A DNA stretch of 64,000 bases. Source: Callorhinchus milii (taxonomy: Eukaryota). The stretch's first letter is position 1. The number at the start of each line of letters is the position of its first letter. The notes below the pieces were generated by a model. It made no database searches and had not been told where the DNA came from. It saw only the letters and a list, made by a program, of their open reading frames with translations. Positions 49,201-59,964 of this stretch are shown here, piece by piece. The stretch is from assembly GCF_018977255.1 (NCBI RefSeq), contig NW_024704743.1, forward strand, positions 2,170,001-2,234,000, written 5' to 3'. Made by a program: the position numbers and the translations under genes.

Positions 49201-50215
49201 TAAAATGCTTTCTTAAGACCAAATTGAACTTGCCAGAGAAAGAACTGAACGGACCACAACAGATAAAAGAAAATGTTAACACAGAACTGCCTTTTTTGAT
49301 CCTTGGTTTAATTTTTTTTTGAAGAGAGGGAGGAACGTAAATCAAGATTTAACATTGCTTTTCTGTTTTTCTCAATTAAAAATTAAACTTTTAAAGGAAT
49401 ATTTTGTGTCTGTTCTAAATGTAAATTGTCTTTAATTGACGTTACATGTTGTCTGATTCTACTCAGACTTAACAGTCGATTTCATTTCCATTCAAGAGAC
49501 AAATTCTCTGAGATGAGCTTCCGTTTTTACACTCATACTTGATTATAATATAAGTACTCCAGGACGCTACCCCGCATGAAGGCGCTATCTAAATGCAAGT
49601 TGTTGTTAATTCTTTTGAGATTTAGACTCCTTTTACAGCTGTTACATATTCCCACATACAATAATGATTATGGCTTTTTTTTAACGTTAAGTTTTTGGAT
49701 TTCAGTTGCAGTCACTTGCAGGTGAAAATAGAACATCATTGGAAATCTATTGTTAAAAAAAAATGCTCATTTCTATGTTATCCCAGGACTTCAAGATGAT
49801 TCGAGAGCAGCGAAAAGCCATTGCAAAATTTAAGGAACCCGCACATGCGTCCGCATTTCAACAGAAGTTTCACAGGTAAAATCTCTTCTTCTGTGTTTTC
49901 TAAAATGTTCCCTTTTCCCAAAATAAGGAAAGCAAAATTCAATAATAACAAAATGTCATTCAGTCAAGTAGATTTTATTTTGTTAATTTTTTTTTAATTT
50001 GTAATAGAATTCATTATTTGCATAATATGTCTACAGTGTTAATGACCTGTTATGTTCAGTTATTTTTTCAGTTGAGGCCATTGTATTGCTTTCAAGCTTT
50101 TTGTTTTTACCCCCTGCCAACGTTTATCATTGTTCACATGACTTTTTTTTGTACGTTTTGCAGGCACATGATAGATCTGTCCCATATCAATGTCGCACTG
50201 ATCATGGATGAATGA
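156..50215 (+). CDS. RBM33: RBM33, spliced CDS, 5'-incomplete, 14 exons in window (listed separately)
   Basis: Translated exons match recalled vertebrate RBM33 motifs: [69 protein letters not shown], the C-terminal RRM ([15 protein letters not shown]...[12 protein letters not shown]) and [13 protein letters not shown]. All introns are GT-AG with matching phases; exon lengths sum to 3150 nt. Confidence 0.96.
1267..1438 (+). CDS. RBM33: RBM33 exon VVNQ...[22 protein letters not shown]...NIPDTL
   Basis: Acceptor cttAG, donor G|GTCAGT; hallmark RBM33 motif. Not in the ORF track because it has no start codon. Confidence 0.95.
4362..4549 (+). CDS. RBM33: RBM33 exon [30 protein letters not shown]...
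   Basis: Acceptor ttctAG, donor CAG|GTAAAC; phase 1 start completes codon GAA; RG-rich. Confidence 0.95.
4556..4850 (+). mobile_element. tRNA-derived SINE (family A), internally deleted
   Basis: A-box TAGCTCAATGG, B-box GGTTCAATTCC, L2-type tail ...TATATCAAATGCAAG followed by (ATT)n. Confidence 0.9.
8214..8590 (+). mobile_element. SINE family A, full length
   Basis: tRNA-like head, Deu-domain-like core GTGGGACGCTGCTGTGTGCAATTGGCTGC, L2-like tail; many copies in the window. Confidence 0.9.
8705..9143 (+). CDS. RBM33: RBM33 exon, Q/P/H-rich, ending [18 protein letters not shown]
   Basis: Acceptor ttgcAG, donor AAG|GTGAGA; conserved NIHINPHF motif. Confidence 0.95.
10109..10714 (-). pseudogene. 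Retroviral integrase remnant (HHCC zinc finger plus partial catalytic core)
   Basis: HSWGH...CVPC; [13 protein letters not shown]...[13 protein letters not shown]. After a frameshift: [18 protein letters not shown]...[12 protein letters not shown], where the second catalytic D is lost. Confidence 0.9.
10715..11958 (-). pseudogene. gag: Retroviral gag remnant (MA, late-domain region, CA), with one frameshift and one stop
   Basis: ORFs 11359-11958, 10926-11489 and the start of 10101-10907. LYPPL and PPAY motifs; MHR-like [16 protein letters not shown]; CA end [18 protein letters not shown]. Confidence 0.8.
12148..12593 (-). promoter_or_regulatory. ERV 5' LTR (~446 bp)
   Basis: The minus strand begins TGAAGG and ends CCCAACA. 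It has a TATATA box near 12305-12310 and AATAAA near 12224-12229. It is followed by a TGG-starting PBS-like tract (12126-12143) and a GAG|GTAAG splice donor (12065-12072). Confidence 0.75.
13483..13880 (+). mobile_element. Ancient SINE-like interspersed repeat, family unassigned
   Basis: Diverged reverse-complement matches at ~29175-29295 (GCTGAGATCAG motif) and ~1050-1215. Confidence 0.5.
14519..14577 (+). CDS. RBM33: RBM33 exon [20 protein letters not shown]
   Basis: Acceptor ttgcAG, donor CTT|GTGAGT; near-identical to the recalled human segment. Confidence 0.95.
19495..19618 (+). CDS. RBM33: RBM33 exon [41 protein letters not shown]
   Basis: Acceptor atcAG, donor GCG|GTAAGG; 124 nt with phase 1 end. 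Confidence 0.93.
19798..20160 (+). mobile_element. SINE family A, full length, followed by an antisense tail fragment to ~20235
   Basis: TAGCTCAGTGG and GGTTCGATTCC boxes; same body and tail as the other copies. Confidence 0.92.
20423..20739 (+). CDS. RBM33: RBM33 exon [18 protein letters not shown]...QPNMQ
   Basis: Acceptor tttacAG, donor CAG|GTATGA; RPFIPPR motif. Confidence 0.95.
22206..22524 (-). mobile_element. SINE family A, near full length
   Basis: Reverse complement of the family consensus. Confidence 0.85.
22686..22853 (+). CDS. RBM33: RBM33 exon [10 protein letters not shown]...QFRPHLQ...[15 protein letters not shown]
   Basis: Acceptor cttgtAG, donor CAC|GTAAGC; 56 open codons; QFRPH motif. 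Confidence 0.9.
23576..23756 (-). mobile_element. SINE family A, 3' half
   Basis: (TAA)n plus tail plus Deu-like core on the minus strand. Confidence 0.88.
26648..26956 (+). CDS. RBM33: RBM33 exon NVPGQQ...[12 protein letters not shown]...VAAE
   Basis: Acceptor tttacAG, donor GAG|GTCAGT; RNSNLRELP motif. Confidence 0.93.
29873..30193 (-). mobile_element. SINE family A
   Basis: GGAATCGAACC and CCACTGAGCTA (reverse B and A boxes) plus tail. Confidence 0.92.
30958..31638 (+). CDS. RBM33: RBM33 exon with coiled-coil [24 protein letters not shown], polyQ, and KPGVKRTV...GDGPHI
   Basis: Acceptor cttcAG, donor ATG|GTAAGA; strongly conserved motifs. Confidence 0.96.
31672..32024 (-). mobile_element. 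SINE family A
   Basis: Reverse-complement copy starting ~34 nt after an exon donor. Confidence 0.88.
34700..35850 (-). mobile_element. Degenerate non-LTR retrotransposon reverse transcriptase (RTE/RTEX-like)
   Basis: The minus strand encodes [20 protein letters not shown] (~35484-35546) and LFADNTVLL (~35388-35414), with stops and frameshifts. Confidence 0.8.
35985..36460 (+). mobile_element. Degenerate CR1/Jockey-group LINE RT fragment
   Basis: Frameshifted [17 protein letters not shown] followed by ADDSILHSS. Confidence 0.7.
37139..37363 (+). CDS. RBM33: RBM33 exon [17 protein letters not shown]...PVRKVTL...QNR
   Basis: Tandem acceptor ttacAG-CAG (start 37139 or 37142), donor AGG|GTAAGT; RKVTL motif. 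Confidence 0.9.
37833..38157 (+). mobile_element. SINE family A, with its tail expanded into (TATTA)n
   Basis: Head, core and tail present. Confidence 0.9.
38182..38462 (-). mobile_element. SINE family A, 3'-truncated, inverted relative to the adjacent copy
   Basis: Reverse complement of head and core. Confidence 0.9.
39383..39755 (+). mobile_element. SINE family A with internal (CA)n expansion
   Basis: B-box GGTTCGATTCC, (AC)n at ~39481-39498, tail. Confidence 0.9.
40600..41110 (-). mobile_element. L2 LINE ORF2 3' fragment
   Basis: [15 protein letters not shown] matches the L2 motif SRLDYCNALLAGL. Confidence 0.8.
41560..42025 (+). mobile_element. L2 LINE 3' end
   Basis: [11 protein letters not shown]...LIGLP...KLQLTQNS; ends GCTATATAAACGCGAGTTGTT. 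Confidence 0.75.
42465..42653 (+). CDS. RBM33: RBM33 exon, N-terminal half of the RRM
   Basis: Acceptor ctgcAG, donor CAG|GTAGGT; [27 protein letters not shown]. Confidence 0.96.
46695..47085 (+). mobile_element. Older DeuSINE-type element (SacSINE1/AmnSINE1-like)
   Basis: GCCTCTGAGTCA head and AAAGATCCCGTGGCA...GAAGGGAG...GTGTCCTGGCCAACA core. Related decayed pieces at ~6833-6960, 7935-8095, 16965-17095 and 28570-28800. Confidence 0.7.
48622..48881 (+). mobile_element. SINE family A, internally deleted
   Basis: Head joined to core and tail. Confidence 0.88.
49787..49875 (+). CDS. RBM33: RBM33 exon [30 protein letters not shown] (RRM)
   Basis: Acceptor tcccAG, donor CAG|GTAAAA; phase 2 end. 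Confidence 0.96.
50164..50215 (+). CDS. RBM33: RBM33 last coding exon [16 protein letters not shown]-stop
   Basis: Acceptor ttttgcAG; matches the recalled RBM33 C-terminus; TGA at 50213-50215. Confidence 0.96.
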
Positions 50216-53200
50216 ATGCTCTCCCGAATGAAAACCAAGCTTGATACTAGTCCAGAAGTACAGATCAAGTCAGTTGGAGCTGTGAAATGGCTGTATTAGA
50301 TACAGAGAATAATATCTAGCCAATCGGTATGTCATTAGATTGGTGGAACCAAAGGAGTTGGCCCCACCTGGTCCACTACAGGATGACTGACTGACGTATG
50401 TGAAGCTACTGGAGAAGATTGTGTTTATACTGTTGTTTCTACATGTTATGGTACTGTTTGTTGTCACCAAATGGAACAAAGCCTTTGACAAAAATACACG
50501 CGTGTGGATTCAAAATACCACAAAAGATTGGCTTAGCTGTAAACAGTGACTGAACCAGGCACTGTACAAGTAAGACTGCTACCTACCTACCAAACGTAAT
50601 AGAAGACCTTAACTGTGAATAGCACTAGATAATGGTTGCTGCAGTCTTCGCTCCTTGCAAGATCAGATAAAAACTTTAAACGCACTGTAGCTTCTTTTAA
50701 GACCACTTGTACCTCTGATGTGACTAATTTAATAGCATTGCTTTGATCATCTAAAGTTAGTAAGGTTAGTCTTTTTCTTTCCCCTCCCCTCACTTTAAAC
50801 TGAAGAATTCAGAATTGCATTAAGAAATGCATGCAGATGACGATGTCTGGAGTTTCAGGCACTATTAAAATTGTTCTTACACTTTGTTACTCTTTTGAAA
50901 GTTGCTGAAACATGAGATTTATGATATAGGTGGAGACGTGTGGGGCGAGGGAGGGGGAGAGAGGATTTTAACGTGGATCCCACCTGGTAGCCTATAGATG
51001 AGGTTTTCCTTTAGCTTGTTATAATAGTGAACCTCATTGTGGAAACAAAAATGGAAAACCAATAAAAAAAACTCCTCTGTCCACGAGAAACATGCATCTT
51101 AATTTTTCCCACGCGAGACATTCACAATAACATTTGCATACTCCGATGGTTGAACGTACTGCCATTCAGGTTCTCTCTGATTGCTTTCGTTCAGCGAAAT
51201 CCGGCCTACAGTGAAGCTACCACAACAGGTGCTTCACGAATAGGTGAACATAAAGTTTGAACGTGATGGGTTTCAGTCTAAACAGATCGAATCTATTGGG
51301 GGGAAATATCAAGTTTAAAGATTAAACTTTTGTGGTAAATATCCAAAATACCTGATAATCACTTTGAAAGTCTCATTGTTATTATGTTACATAAGCTGCA
51401 GAGAACAGGGCCAATAAATTACACACGTTGGGTTGAAAGCAGATGCAAATACATAGGTTGCATTGAGACTGCTTGAGCTGTAGTAGATTAAGATTACGTT
51501 ACTTAGCTTAGGCTAATCAGCAGTTGGGCTGTCCTGTATGTTACAGATCAAGAGAAAATGTTTAAATTAAGGAGTACAATACTGGACTATAATTGGATCC
51601 TAGGAAGCTAGATCCAGACACTGCCTGATATTCAATCTGAAATATTTGATTTCATCTTGAACAATTATAATCTGGGTCCTTTTTTTAAAAACGCAAATGA
51701 AACTGGTGGATTTTACTTTCATTCTACTCAATTGTTGGTTGATTGATTTTTTTTTTTTGCCACCAAACTGATCCTCCTTCATAACATTTCCCAAACTTAG
51801 TCTCTGGTCCTGATTTGCTGGTGAATTATTTCAACAGCTTGAATTTCAACACTAGTTTGCTCAAACGAAGTGGGATTTGACTTCCAACTCAAGGCAATGA
51901 GGAGTTAAAATATAGTTGAGGTGCCACAGCGTATTTTTTTTTAAAAAACTAGGACAGGGTTGTGTGTGCTGGTTAGACTTTTTAAAAAGTATACATTTCA
52001 AAAATATAGGTTGCTAGTGTAGCTAGGAACACTTTTTTTTTACTTATTGCGAAGAATGCAAACTAGAATTTTGAGTTATGAAGTTCAGGTGATGTTTTTA
52101 TATCATCAGAATGGCCCAATCTTTCTTTGCAGGCAGAATTGTAGACTACAGTTAGATCAGTGTTTTCCTATAATAGCCAGTAATCAAATTAGTATTTAGC
52201 TTGAGACATGTTGTGGTAGAATTGATGCTAAATGTGTCTTGAACTTGAATTACGAGGAGCGAGAGATATGGTACTAAGATTCAAGAAAGTATTCACTAAA
52301 GAGTTTTATCTGATAGGAAAAATCTAATGGATGGCAATGAACAGGAAAACAGTGCTTGAAAATCATTGATCCGCTGTCACAGATTTTGCAGATGAATCAT
52401 TTGGTTGCATCAGCTTTGTAGATCAGTGACTTTTTTTAAAATAACGATAAAATGGATCAGTGTTTGTTGTAATCTGGTATTCCTCTGATCTGCGGCTGCA
52501 AATTCAATTCCTTGCATTGTAACATCATAACACCAGAACTGTTCACGAACGATACAGATGCTAGATGATAGAAGGTTAAAACTGATGGAATATCTTGCGG
52601 GTAGGATAAAGATTTACGTCAGTTATATGATTGGGTTAAACTGAGGTTTGGTGCAAATTGGTTTTTTGCATTGGACCGCGAGTTGGTGCAATGACAAATT
52701 CATCACACGAGTGTTAATTGTACTATAATCGGTCCCGTAAACTTCTGTTTGAAGACGTGCAGTAGATTCATTTAGCATGCCATCGGTTGGGAAGTTTATA
52801 AAGATTGACTTGCACACAATAAGGTAGTCTGTGCTACCAATCGATACATGAGGGCAGTTTGACAAGATCACGATTACATATCCGCAGATTAAACTGTTAA
52901 ACTGTACTAAGATTGGAAATGGGTTACCACTAAATTGAGGCTTTCTTAAGTTTTTATTTCAATACTGAATCTCTTAAGTATATCTTGGCAGTGATGGCTT
53001 TTATCTCCAGATTTGGTACATTTTTGGTACATTTTTGACCGACTTAAAGAAAAGTCTAATACCACAGTGAGGATATACGTGTGAGGGTGTATATAATGTG
53101 TATAGTAGCTTCTCTCTCTATGTATATATATATTATATATAATAGCCGTGTAATTTCAAATGACATTATGAAGAGCCGTTTTCTCGAGTCCACTGGTTTT

Positions 53201-56200
53201 GTGTGGAAGTCATTTGTTAATATACAGAGACTAAGTAACATGGGCTATGCTTATGCTGCCAAAGGGAGGGAATGAAGGCAGAGTCATGTCCATCAAAAAT
53301 CTAGGTGTGAAATAATTTTAGTTCTGTAGGGGAAGATTTGCTGCAACCATCATCAGAGGTGTTCACTGAACAATACCAGGTTTCACTTAAAAGTGCAAAG
53401 AAGCATTTGTAAAGCAACACGCAAATAGAACTCAAATGCTCCCGTCATCACCCGTGATGTCCATTTCATTTTTAGACTGTGTTAGCCGATAGTTACTGAA
53501 ATGGCCTGTGTTTTTCCAATGTATTTTACTTCGAGGTTTATTGGATGAAATGATTGTTGAACTGAAACGATGCGTCCAATGTATTAATGCGTTTTTATAA
53601 AGATCACCGTTCTTCCATATGTATTTTCTCCTGTTTATTTGCATGAAACGTTTTTTTTTAAACTCAGGTATAATATTTTTACAAACTCGTTAGTGAGTAT
53701 GTGGAGCCAAATGTTTTGTTTTTCGTTGTGTTTCTGTTCTGGATGCAGTCGTGGCTCTTGTGTGTCTGTAGTGGGTGCATGGTGATTTGCTGGGTACACA
53801 ATGTCTTTAGGTTATGAATCTAGAATCATTTGAATAAACTCAAGAGTCACTGCTATTCCTGGTAGTTTACCTTTGGTGCATTAAGTATGCAATTCTCATT
53901 CACATGTAGGTTCTGAATCAGTCGCCCTACATGTTGACTGGTATGGCGTTATGCTTAATGTGTTGATGAACTGTTGCCAGATATTCAGTTAGGTAGCAGC
54001 CACGTGCTGAGGGCAGCGTCAAGTACTTTGCTCCCTCACATCTCCTTTGTGCAATATTTCAAGGCTTCCCCGAAATGACTGCTTTGCTGGACTGGGGAAA
54101 TGACATTTTATGAAACGGAAAGCAGTTCAATGAGGTGCCCTCCAAGAGCCACTTGATAACAACCTACACTTATACAGTGCCCTTTTCACACAGGGTAGCA
54201 TCTCGGATGCTAGACTACTTTTGAAAGCGAAGCGATTGCCCTGATCGTAACCTGGTTGTGCCTCAGTACACCTTGGAGGCATCCTCACGGCCACTTTTCC
54301 TTCGCGACATGCTTTTACTGCTTCGTGAATGTTTCCCGTCAACCGTTCTGTTGAGCATTTACCGGAGAGACTTTGAAATGCTGCACGTAAGAGGCACTAG
54401 GAAGGAAGGGAGGGAGGGCTGAGAATTTGAAACAAGTGCTTTTCCCTCTCCTTCACTAGCCTTGTCCCCTCGCTCTTCATGAACCTGTATTTGTTTTTCT
54501 GTTTAAAATCTACTACGGGGTGAATTCATTTAAAATAGCTGCAGATTTATAGCTGTGAGACCCAAACGATTAAAAGTTCACTGTTGAATTATGCTAAACT
54601 GTGTGAGCTGTTTAACCGTGATTCGAGATGGACAGGAAATTAAGGAATTCGCTGAAATTTAAGGGGCTAATATTTTAGGGTAGGCAGTTGTATAAAATTA
54701 TAATCTAGAAGTTAAAAGTGCACCCCTTTATATTTTCTGACTCTTAAGATTTAGGAGGGAAGCTGGTAAACCAGTTAGGCTGTCAGATTTCTATACAAAG
54801 CCTTATTTGTGCAGAATCAGGTGGGTCACAAGGTCCAGTGCAATGTATTAAAAGTAAATATGTATTTTTGAACTTTTTTGGCTTTGCATCCTTCCATGTA
54901 TCCTTTTAGTTTCATATCCTGCAACCCGTAAAATGGCTGTGAATATCTGGCCTTTCAGATTGAAATATCCTGTTTAATTAGCTGGAATTAAATCAGCTCC
55001 CTGTATATTTCATATCCAAACTGTTTCATGCGAGTACTTACGTACGTACATTGATGTGTTCTGTATGGTATAGCGTTTGCACTGCCTCTTTCGAAAAACA
55101 GCATCATTCAAGCTTGTCTTGCTATGTTTATGATGTGTGATAGCTTTATTTGGTTCCTTTTTGGCTTCACCTACTCACTGTGATATATTTTTGTAAAACT
55201 ATATTCTGTGATTTTTTTTCCCCCCTGCCTTTGTAGGAATTCTGGTTATATTTATTTATATTTATATATGAGAAGATAGTGTTCAAATTTAGTTGTAATG
55301 AAATAGTGCAATATGAATCGAGCTGAGGTGTTCAAACTGTTCAATGGTATAAAACGTTAATATCTTTTAAGTGAGTTAACTTTCTCCTTTGTTGTACGTG
55401 ATAGAAATGCCCTTTTCCATCGATCGTCTTTAACATTTGGAGCGCTGTTTGTGATAATTAGCTTTTCTTAAAATTAGAATGTTTCTTTTCTCCCTCTCTC
55501 CCCGCCTCACTGGCCCCAGAAAAAAAATCAGATTTCTAGGTATCGTTTTTATGCCTTGAAAGAACTATTTATAAATATGAGATACCAAATGATGTTCCTT
55601 CCTTTTCAGTTTTAAAATGATGCACTACATTGGTTTACACAGCGGAGTTGAAGTCTTTTTTTAAAAAAATCGATTTTATTTATTTTAAATTTATTATTAG
55701 TTCTTAGCCGATTTTCCTTTGGGCTAGACATTTGGGGACGGGAGTGGGTGGTGGGGGGGGGGGGGGAGTTAGTATTAATGTCATGTTTTCATGTCATTTA
55801 AAATTTAAGAAAACAAAGGATTTCTTGTAAGTGTTTTTTTTTGTTATAAAAATACGGAACTGTCGACTCGGTTGGGGCTGAAATCTTTGGCCACTGCAAG
55901 CGAGTGCTTAATGAACAAACTGATTCACGTTGAATCTCTGCGTAGCTTTTGTCAGAGCTCTTTATAGAATGCAGTTGGGAAGGATCAGTATTTGTGTGTT
56001 GTAATGTCAGCTTGCATTGCTGTTTTGTGCCTGCTGCTTTTGGCCCAGGCTTCCAACAAAAAAAAAGTGCATTGTGAACCACAGCCTTGCAAAACCTGTG
56101 AAAACTGCGCTTGGTGCTTTAACAGTGTAATAGTTAGTTAGTCCTGGAATAGTTTTGTTTAATCCTCGCATTTGATTTAGTGACTCAAAGCGCTTCCAAC

Positions 56201-59200
56201 AGGATATACCGTAAAGTGGATTGACTGCATTTAGTGGATTTTTCACAGCGCTCTCAATCTCAAAGCCAAAGACAGGAAGGAGTTCATGTTTTAATTTCGG
56301 AATATATCGTTTGTACATTTTTTTCACTTTAAATTTTTCGTTAGGCTGGCAAAGATCATGTTTTATAAGATGTCAGGCCCTCAAACCTTTTAAGTTTTCT
56401 TTTTTTAAAAGAAAAACAAGATAGAAAAACACAGTTTGCTTTGTAAACTGACTTGTAAACTGATTTATCTGCAGCACAATTTTCCTCATCGGTAGATTCA
56501 GATAATGTTTTTTTTTTTTTGCTTATTCCCGTTGCACAAATAAAATCGTCAACCTTTCCTTTGAGTAAAGACTGACATTGGCGGCCCCAGTTTACGGGGG
56601 AGAAACTTGTCAGCCAGTTGCTTATTTCAAGGGGGAATTTCACAGAGGGAATTGGAGGGAAATGTAACGTGCAAATGAATCCATCAGTAAAAGTGTCTCT
56701 GTTGGCCACTTGAACCCAAAGGTTATATTGATTCTTGTCCTTCAGATCCCGTTCCCCCTCCCCTCCGCCCCTTTCAAAATTACCTCCCAATTTATATGAT
56801 TCCGAATGTGTTTTCAGATTTAAGCCATTCAACCATCCAACATGCAGCTGAAACACTCCTAAAGCTGTAACTGGGTCACAATTTCCTCTGTGTTTCAATG
56901 CAGCCACATTTGATAATTTGGGTTGCTGCAATTAGGCAGGGAGACAGATGTATAATAACAATAATAATCTGTTAGAATAATAATACTGTACACGCAATCT
57001 GTTTCTCCTTAACTGACTGTAGTTTAAAGACGTATTGTTGACCTCAGTAACAGAATGATTTTTTTAAAAAAAAAAATTTAAAGAAGGAAAATATATCAGT
57101 CATACTAATAACCCTTACATTTCGTTTTAACGCCTTTCACGTCGGGAGGACGTCCTAAAGCGCTTCACAGGACATTACTGTTAAGTGCAGTAACTGTGTT
57201 TTGTGGACAAATGCGGGAGCCAATTTGTGGATAGCAGTATTTGTACTCTGAAGGGTGAACATTATAGAGGACTGAGCTCACTGATCTGTATACGGGTACA
57301 GTTGTCCATTAATGCATATTATCTAATTATTTGCTATTTTTGAACAATACATCCAACAATAATAATAATCCTCGCACTTGATATAGCGCCTTATCACGTT
57401 GTTGAGACATCTCAAAGCGCTTCACAGGATATACTGTAAAGTGTAGTGACTGTATATTTTGTGGACTATGAAAGTTTATCCAGGGAAGTGATCTGTGTCA
57501 AGTCACTGTCATTTCCCCCTTTTAATATTTCAACAATTCAGGAATCTCTCTGACCTCTCGAGAGACTCGATATGAAATGTACAGATGGCTTTCTCTCCCT
57601 GTGCTGAGCACTTTGCAAATTGCTCTGACTTCTTAAACAAAAAAAAACTGTCCGCATGATATTTCTTCAAGCCTGGGTTGAGGGTTAGCAGGGAAGTGGG
57701 AACCTTCTGTGTTCAGGTTTATCTCTTCATCTTAGCATGTTCAGTCTTTTTGTTCCAACAGATTTATTGTGTTACCAGTAATTGAGAGCGTGGAGGGTGA
57801 GAGCTGGTGTCAGTTATGAAGTTTCTAACAATTTTTTTTCCCTACAGATAGACACAGCGATCTGAGGAGCCTCCGATCTTCTTGATTCTATATTTTTACT
57901 TGACTAACGGATTTGCTTTATCCACAGGGAACGCATTCCTTTTAACAAAAAATCCTATTGCTTTAGTGTTTTGAGGCTGTTTTGTACCTTCTGATTTGAT
58001 ATGCTTAGTATTTCAAGTTGTCAAAAAAGATACTGCATTTTAATAAATAACTGTGCGCGCTTGCGTGTGTGTGTGCGCTTGTTGCGTGTGTGCGCTTGTT
58101 GCGTGTGTGCGCGTGCTTGTGTGTGTGTGCTTGTTCTTGTGTGTGCTTGTTCTTGTGTGTGGTTGTTCTTGTGTGTGTGTGTGTGTGTGCTTGCGTATGT
58201 CAGTGTGGGTGGTGGGTTGGGTAGATACTTGTTTCAAGTGTAGTTTTGGTGAATGGTCCAAAATTCTAGTACATACGTTCTAACACTAAACTCTTAAGAT
58301 ATACTGTCCCTGTTTGGGAGAGAGGTTGTATGAGCTTCTAAGGTGACTATCCTGCAGTATAGTTTTTATTATTTTTATGACTTCTGTACTGAACTTTTTT
58401 TATTCCTCATTTAAAACGTGAAAAGAAAGCCTGTTAGGACATAGAACTTTTAATGGATATTGCTGTTACTGTATTCTGTCTAACCTGAGTAATGCATTAT
58501 AAATGATATACTTTGGCTGTCCATCTTGGAAACTCTAATGTTTTCAGTGGATGATAACGCTGCCTTGAACAGATGTGCTTCTGGTAATTCCTTAAGGTTT
58601 TATTAATTATATTTTATTACAGGTTAGCCCACAGAGGAGGTGATCCACAGGCGCATGGATTTGTTACATACCTGCTTAAGAATTTTGTAATTGCTTTCAT
58701 TAACTCACTTGTTTCTCTTGCAGCTTAAGGCCAGTGGAAGACTAGAGAGGACTTGCCTGTCGTGTTAGTTAGCTCCTGTTTTCAGTGGTAGAAGCTTTAT
58801 TGTTTAAACAAGTGAAAACTGAGAATGGGCTGTTGAGTTCGAAGTTGTATCTCTCACTGACCTTGATCCTTCCTAACCCGAGTTTACAATTGAGGTTTAT
58901 GTAGATTCTATTGGGAGCCTTAACGGCTTTTTCTATGATGATTCCATTGTGGTTTAATGTCAGAGTTCCCAGCTAGTAATTAATGAATTCGGATTTGCCA
59001 CATCCTTCAGACATGTTCTTTGAAACGTCCTGAATTACATTTTATGAAATGTTCCAATATTTTGTTCACACGTCTTTTCCACTACCTCAAATGTTTTTAT
59101 TTCATTGGTTTTTTGAAACATTTGTGAAATGTATGTATGTATTTTTTTAAATCTACTTCGAATACTTTTTTTTAAAAAAAAACTGCTGTGTTTTTATATT

Positions 59201-59275
59201 GAAAACAAACGTTGCTGTATAATGACCTGAATGTGAATAATGTGATTTGGTAATAAACCTTTTTCAAAATATACC
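50216..59275 (+). other. RBM33 3' UTR / 3' region, true end unresolved
   Basis: AU-rich and nearly free of young SINEs up to about 56100. AATAAA hexamers at 51061, 51413, 53833 and 59252; the last follows a U-rich tract typical of an mRNA end. Confidence 0.5.
58052..58200. repeat. Compound (TG)n/(TGCT)-derived microsatellite
   Basis: Directly visible degenerate TG repeat. Confidence 0.95.
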
Positions 59276-59393
59276 TGTCCAATTCTTTTTGCCAATTGGA
59301 ACATATTTGCGATTATCTTTCAGAGCATTGCCAGCTGATAATTAGCGCGATCAAAGGGTGAACAAGTTCAGCTCTGCAAACACCTCATAACTT

Positions 59394-59962
59394 ATAATAA
59401 TAATAATCCTTGCATTCGAGATAGCACCTTATCACGTCTTTGAGTTGCACTTCACAGAATTGTAAAGTTTATTTAAAAAAAAAAGTGGTTTCACTGTATA
59501 TTTTGTGGGCAAAACACGGCAGCCAATTCCACACAGCAATGTCCCACAAAGTCATGGAGTGAATGACCAAATTTGAATGATTGACCAAATCTGCCAATCG
59601 ACTAACAACCAGGTTCCCACTTACTGCTGGTAAACAGTGTGTGTGGAGTGAGGAAACTTACCCAACATTTCACCCTGACCCGGGAATCAAACCCGGGTCC
59701 CCTCTCTTGTGAGGCGAAGTGCACTGACCGGAACCCTTCACGTGAGGTATCTGGGAGCCACATTGGAAGTGCAGTAGATCGTGTCAGAGGCGAAATAATA
59801 ACAATAATCCTCGCATTTGATATAGAGCGTTATCACGTCTTCGAGACGTCTCAAAGCGCTTCACAGAACATACTGTAAAATGAATTGACTGCTTTGTGGG
59901 CGAAACACGGCAGCCAATTGCGCACAGCAGCGTTCCCACAAACAGTTGTGGATTGAGTGACT
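59394..59962 (-). mobile_element. Two tandem antisense SINE family A copies (59394-59728 and 59795-59962)
   Basis: Two tails and cores, one head. Confidence 0.85.
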
Positions 59963-59964
59963 AT

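Noticed and set aside
56356-56931. 191-aa minus-strand ORF
   Set aside because: No recognisable domain, homopolymer-derived lysine runs and no splice support; probably a chance ORF.
58001-58283. Cys/Val-rich and His/Thr-rich ORFs
   Set aside because: Translations of the TG microsatellite.
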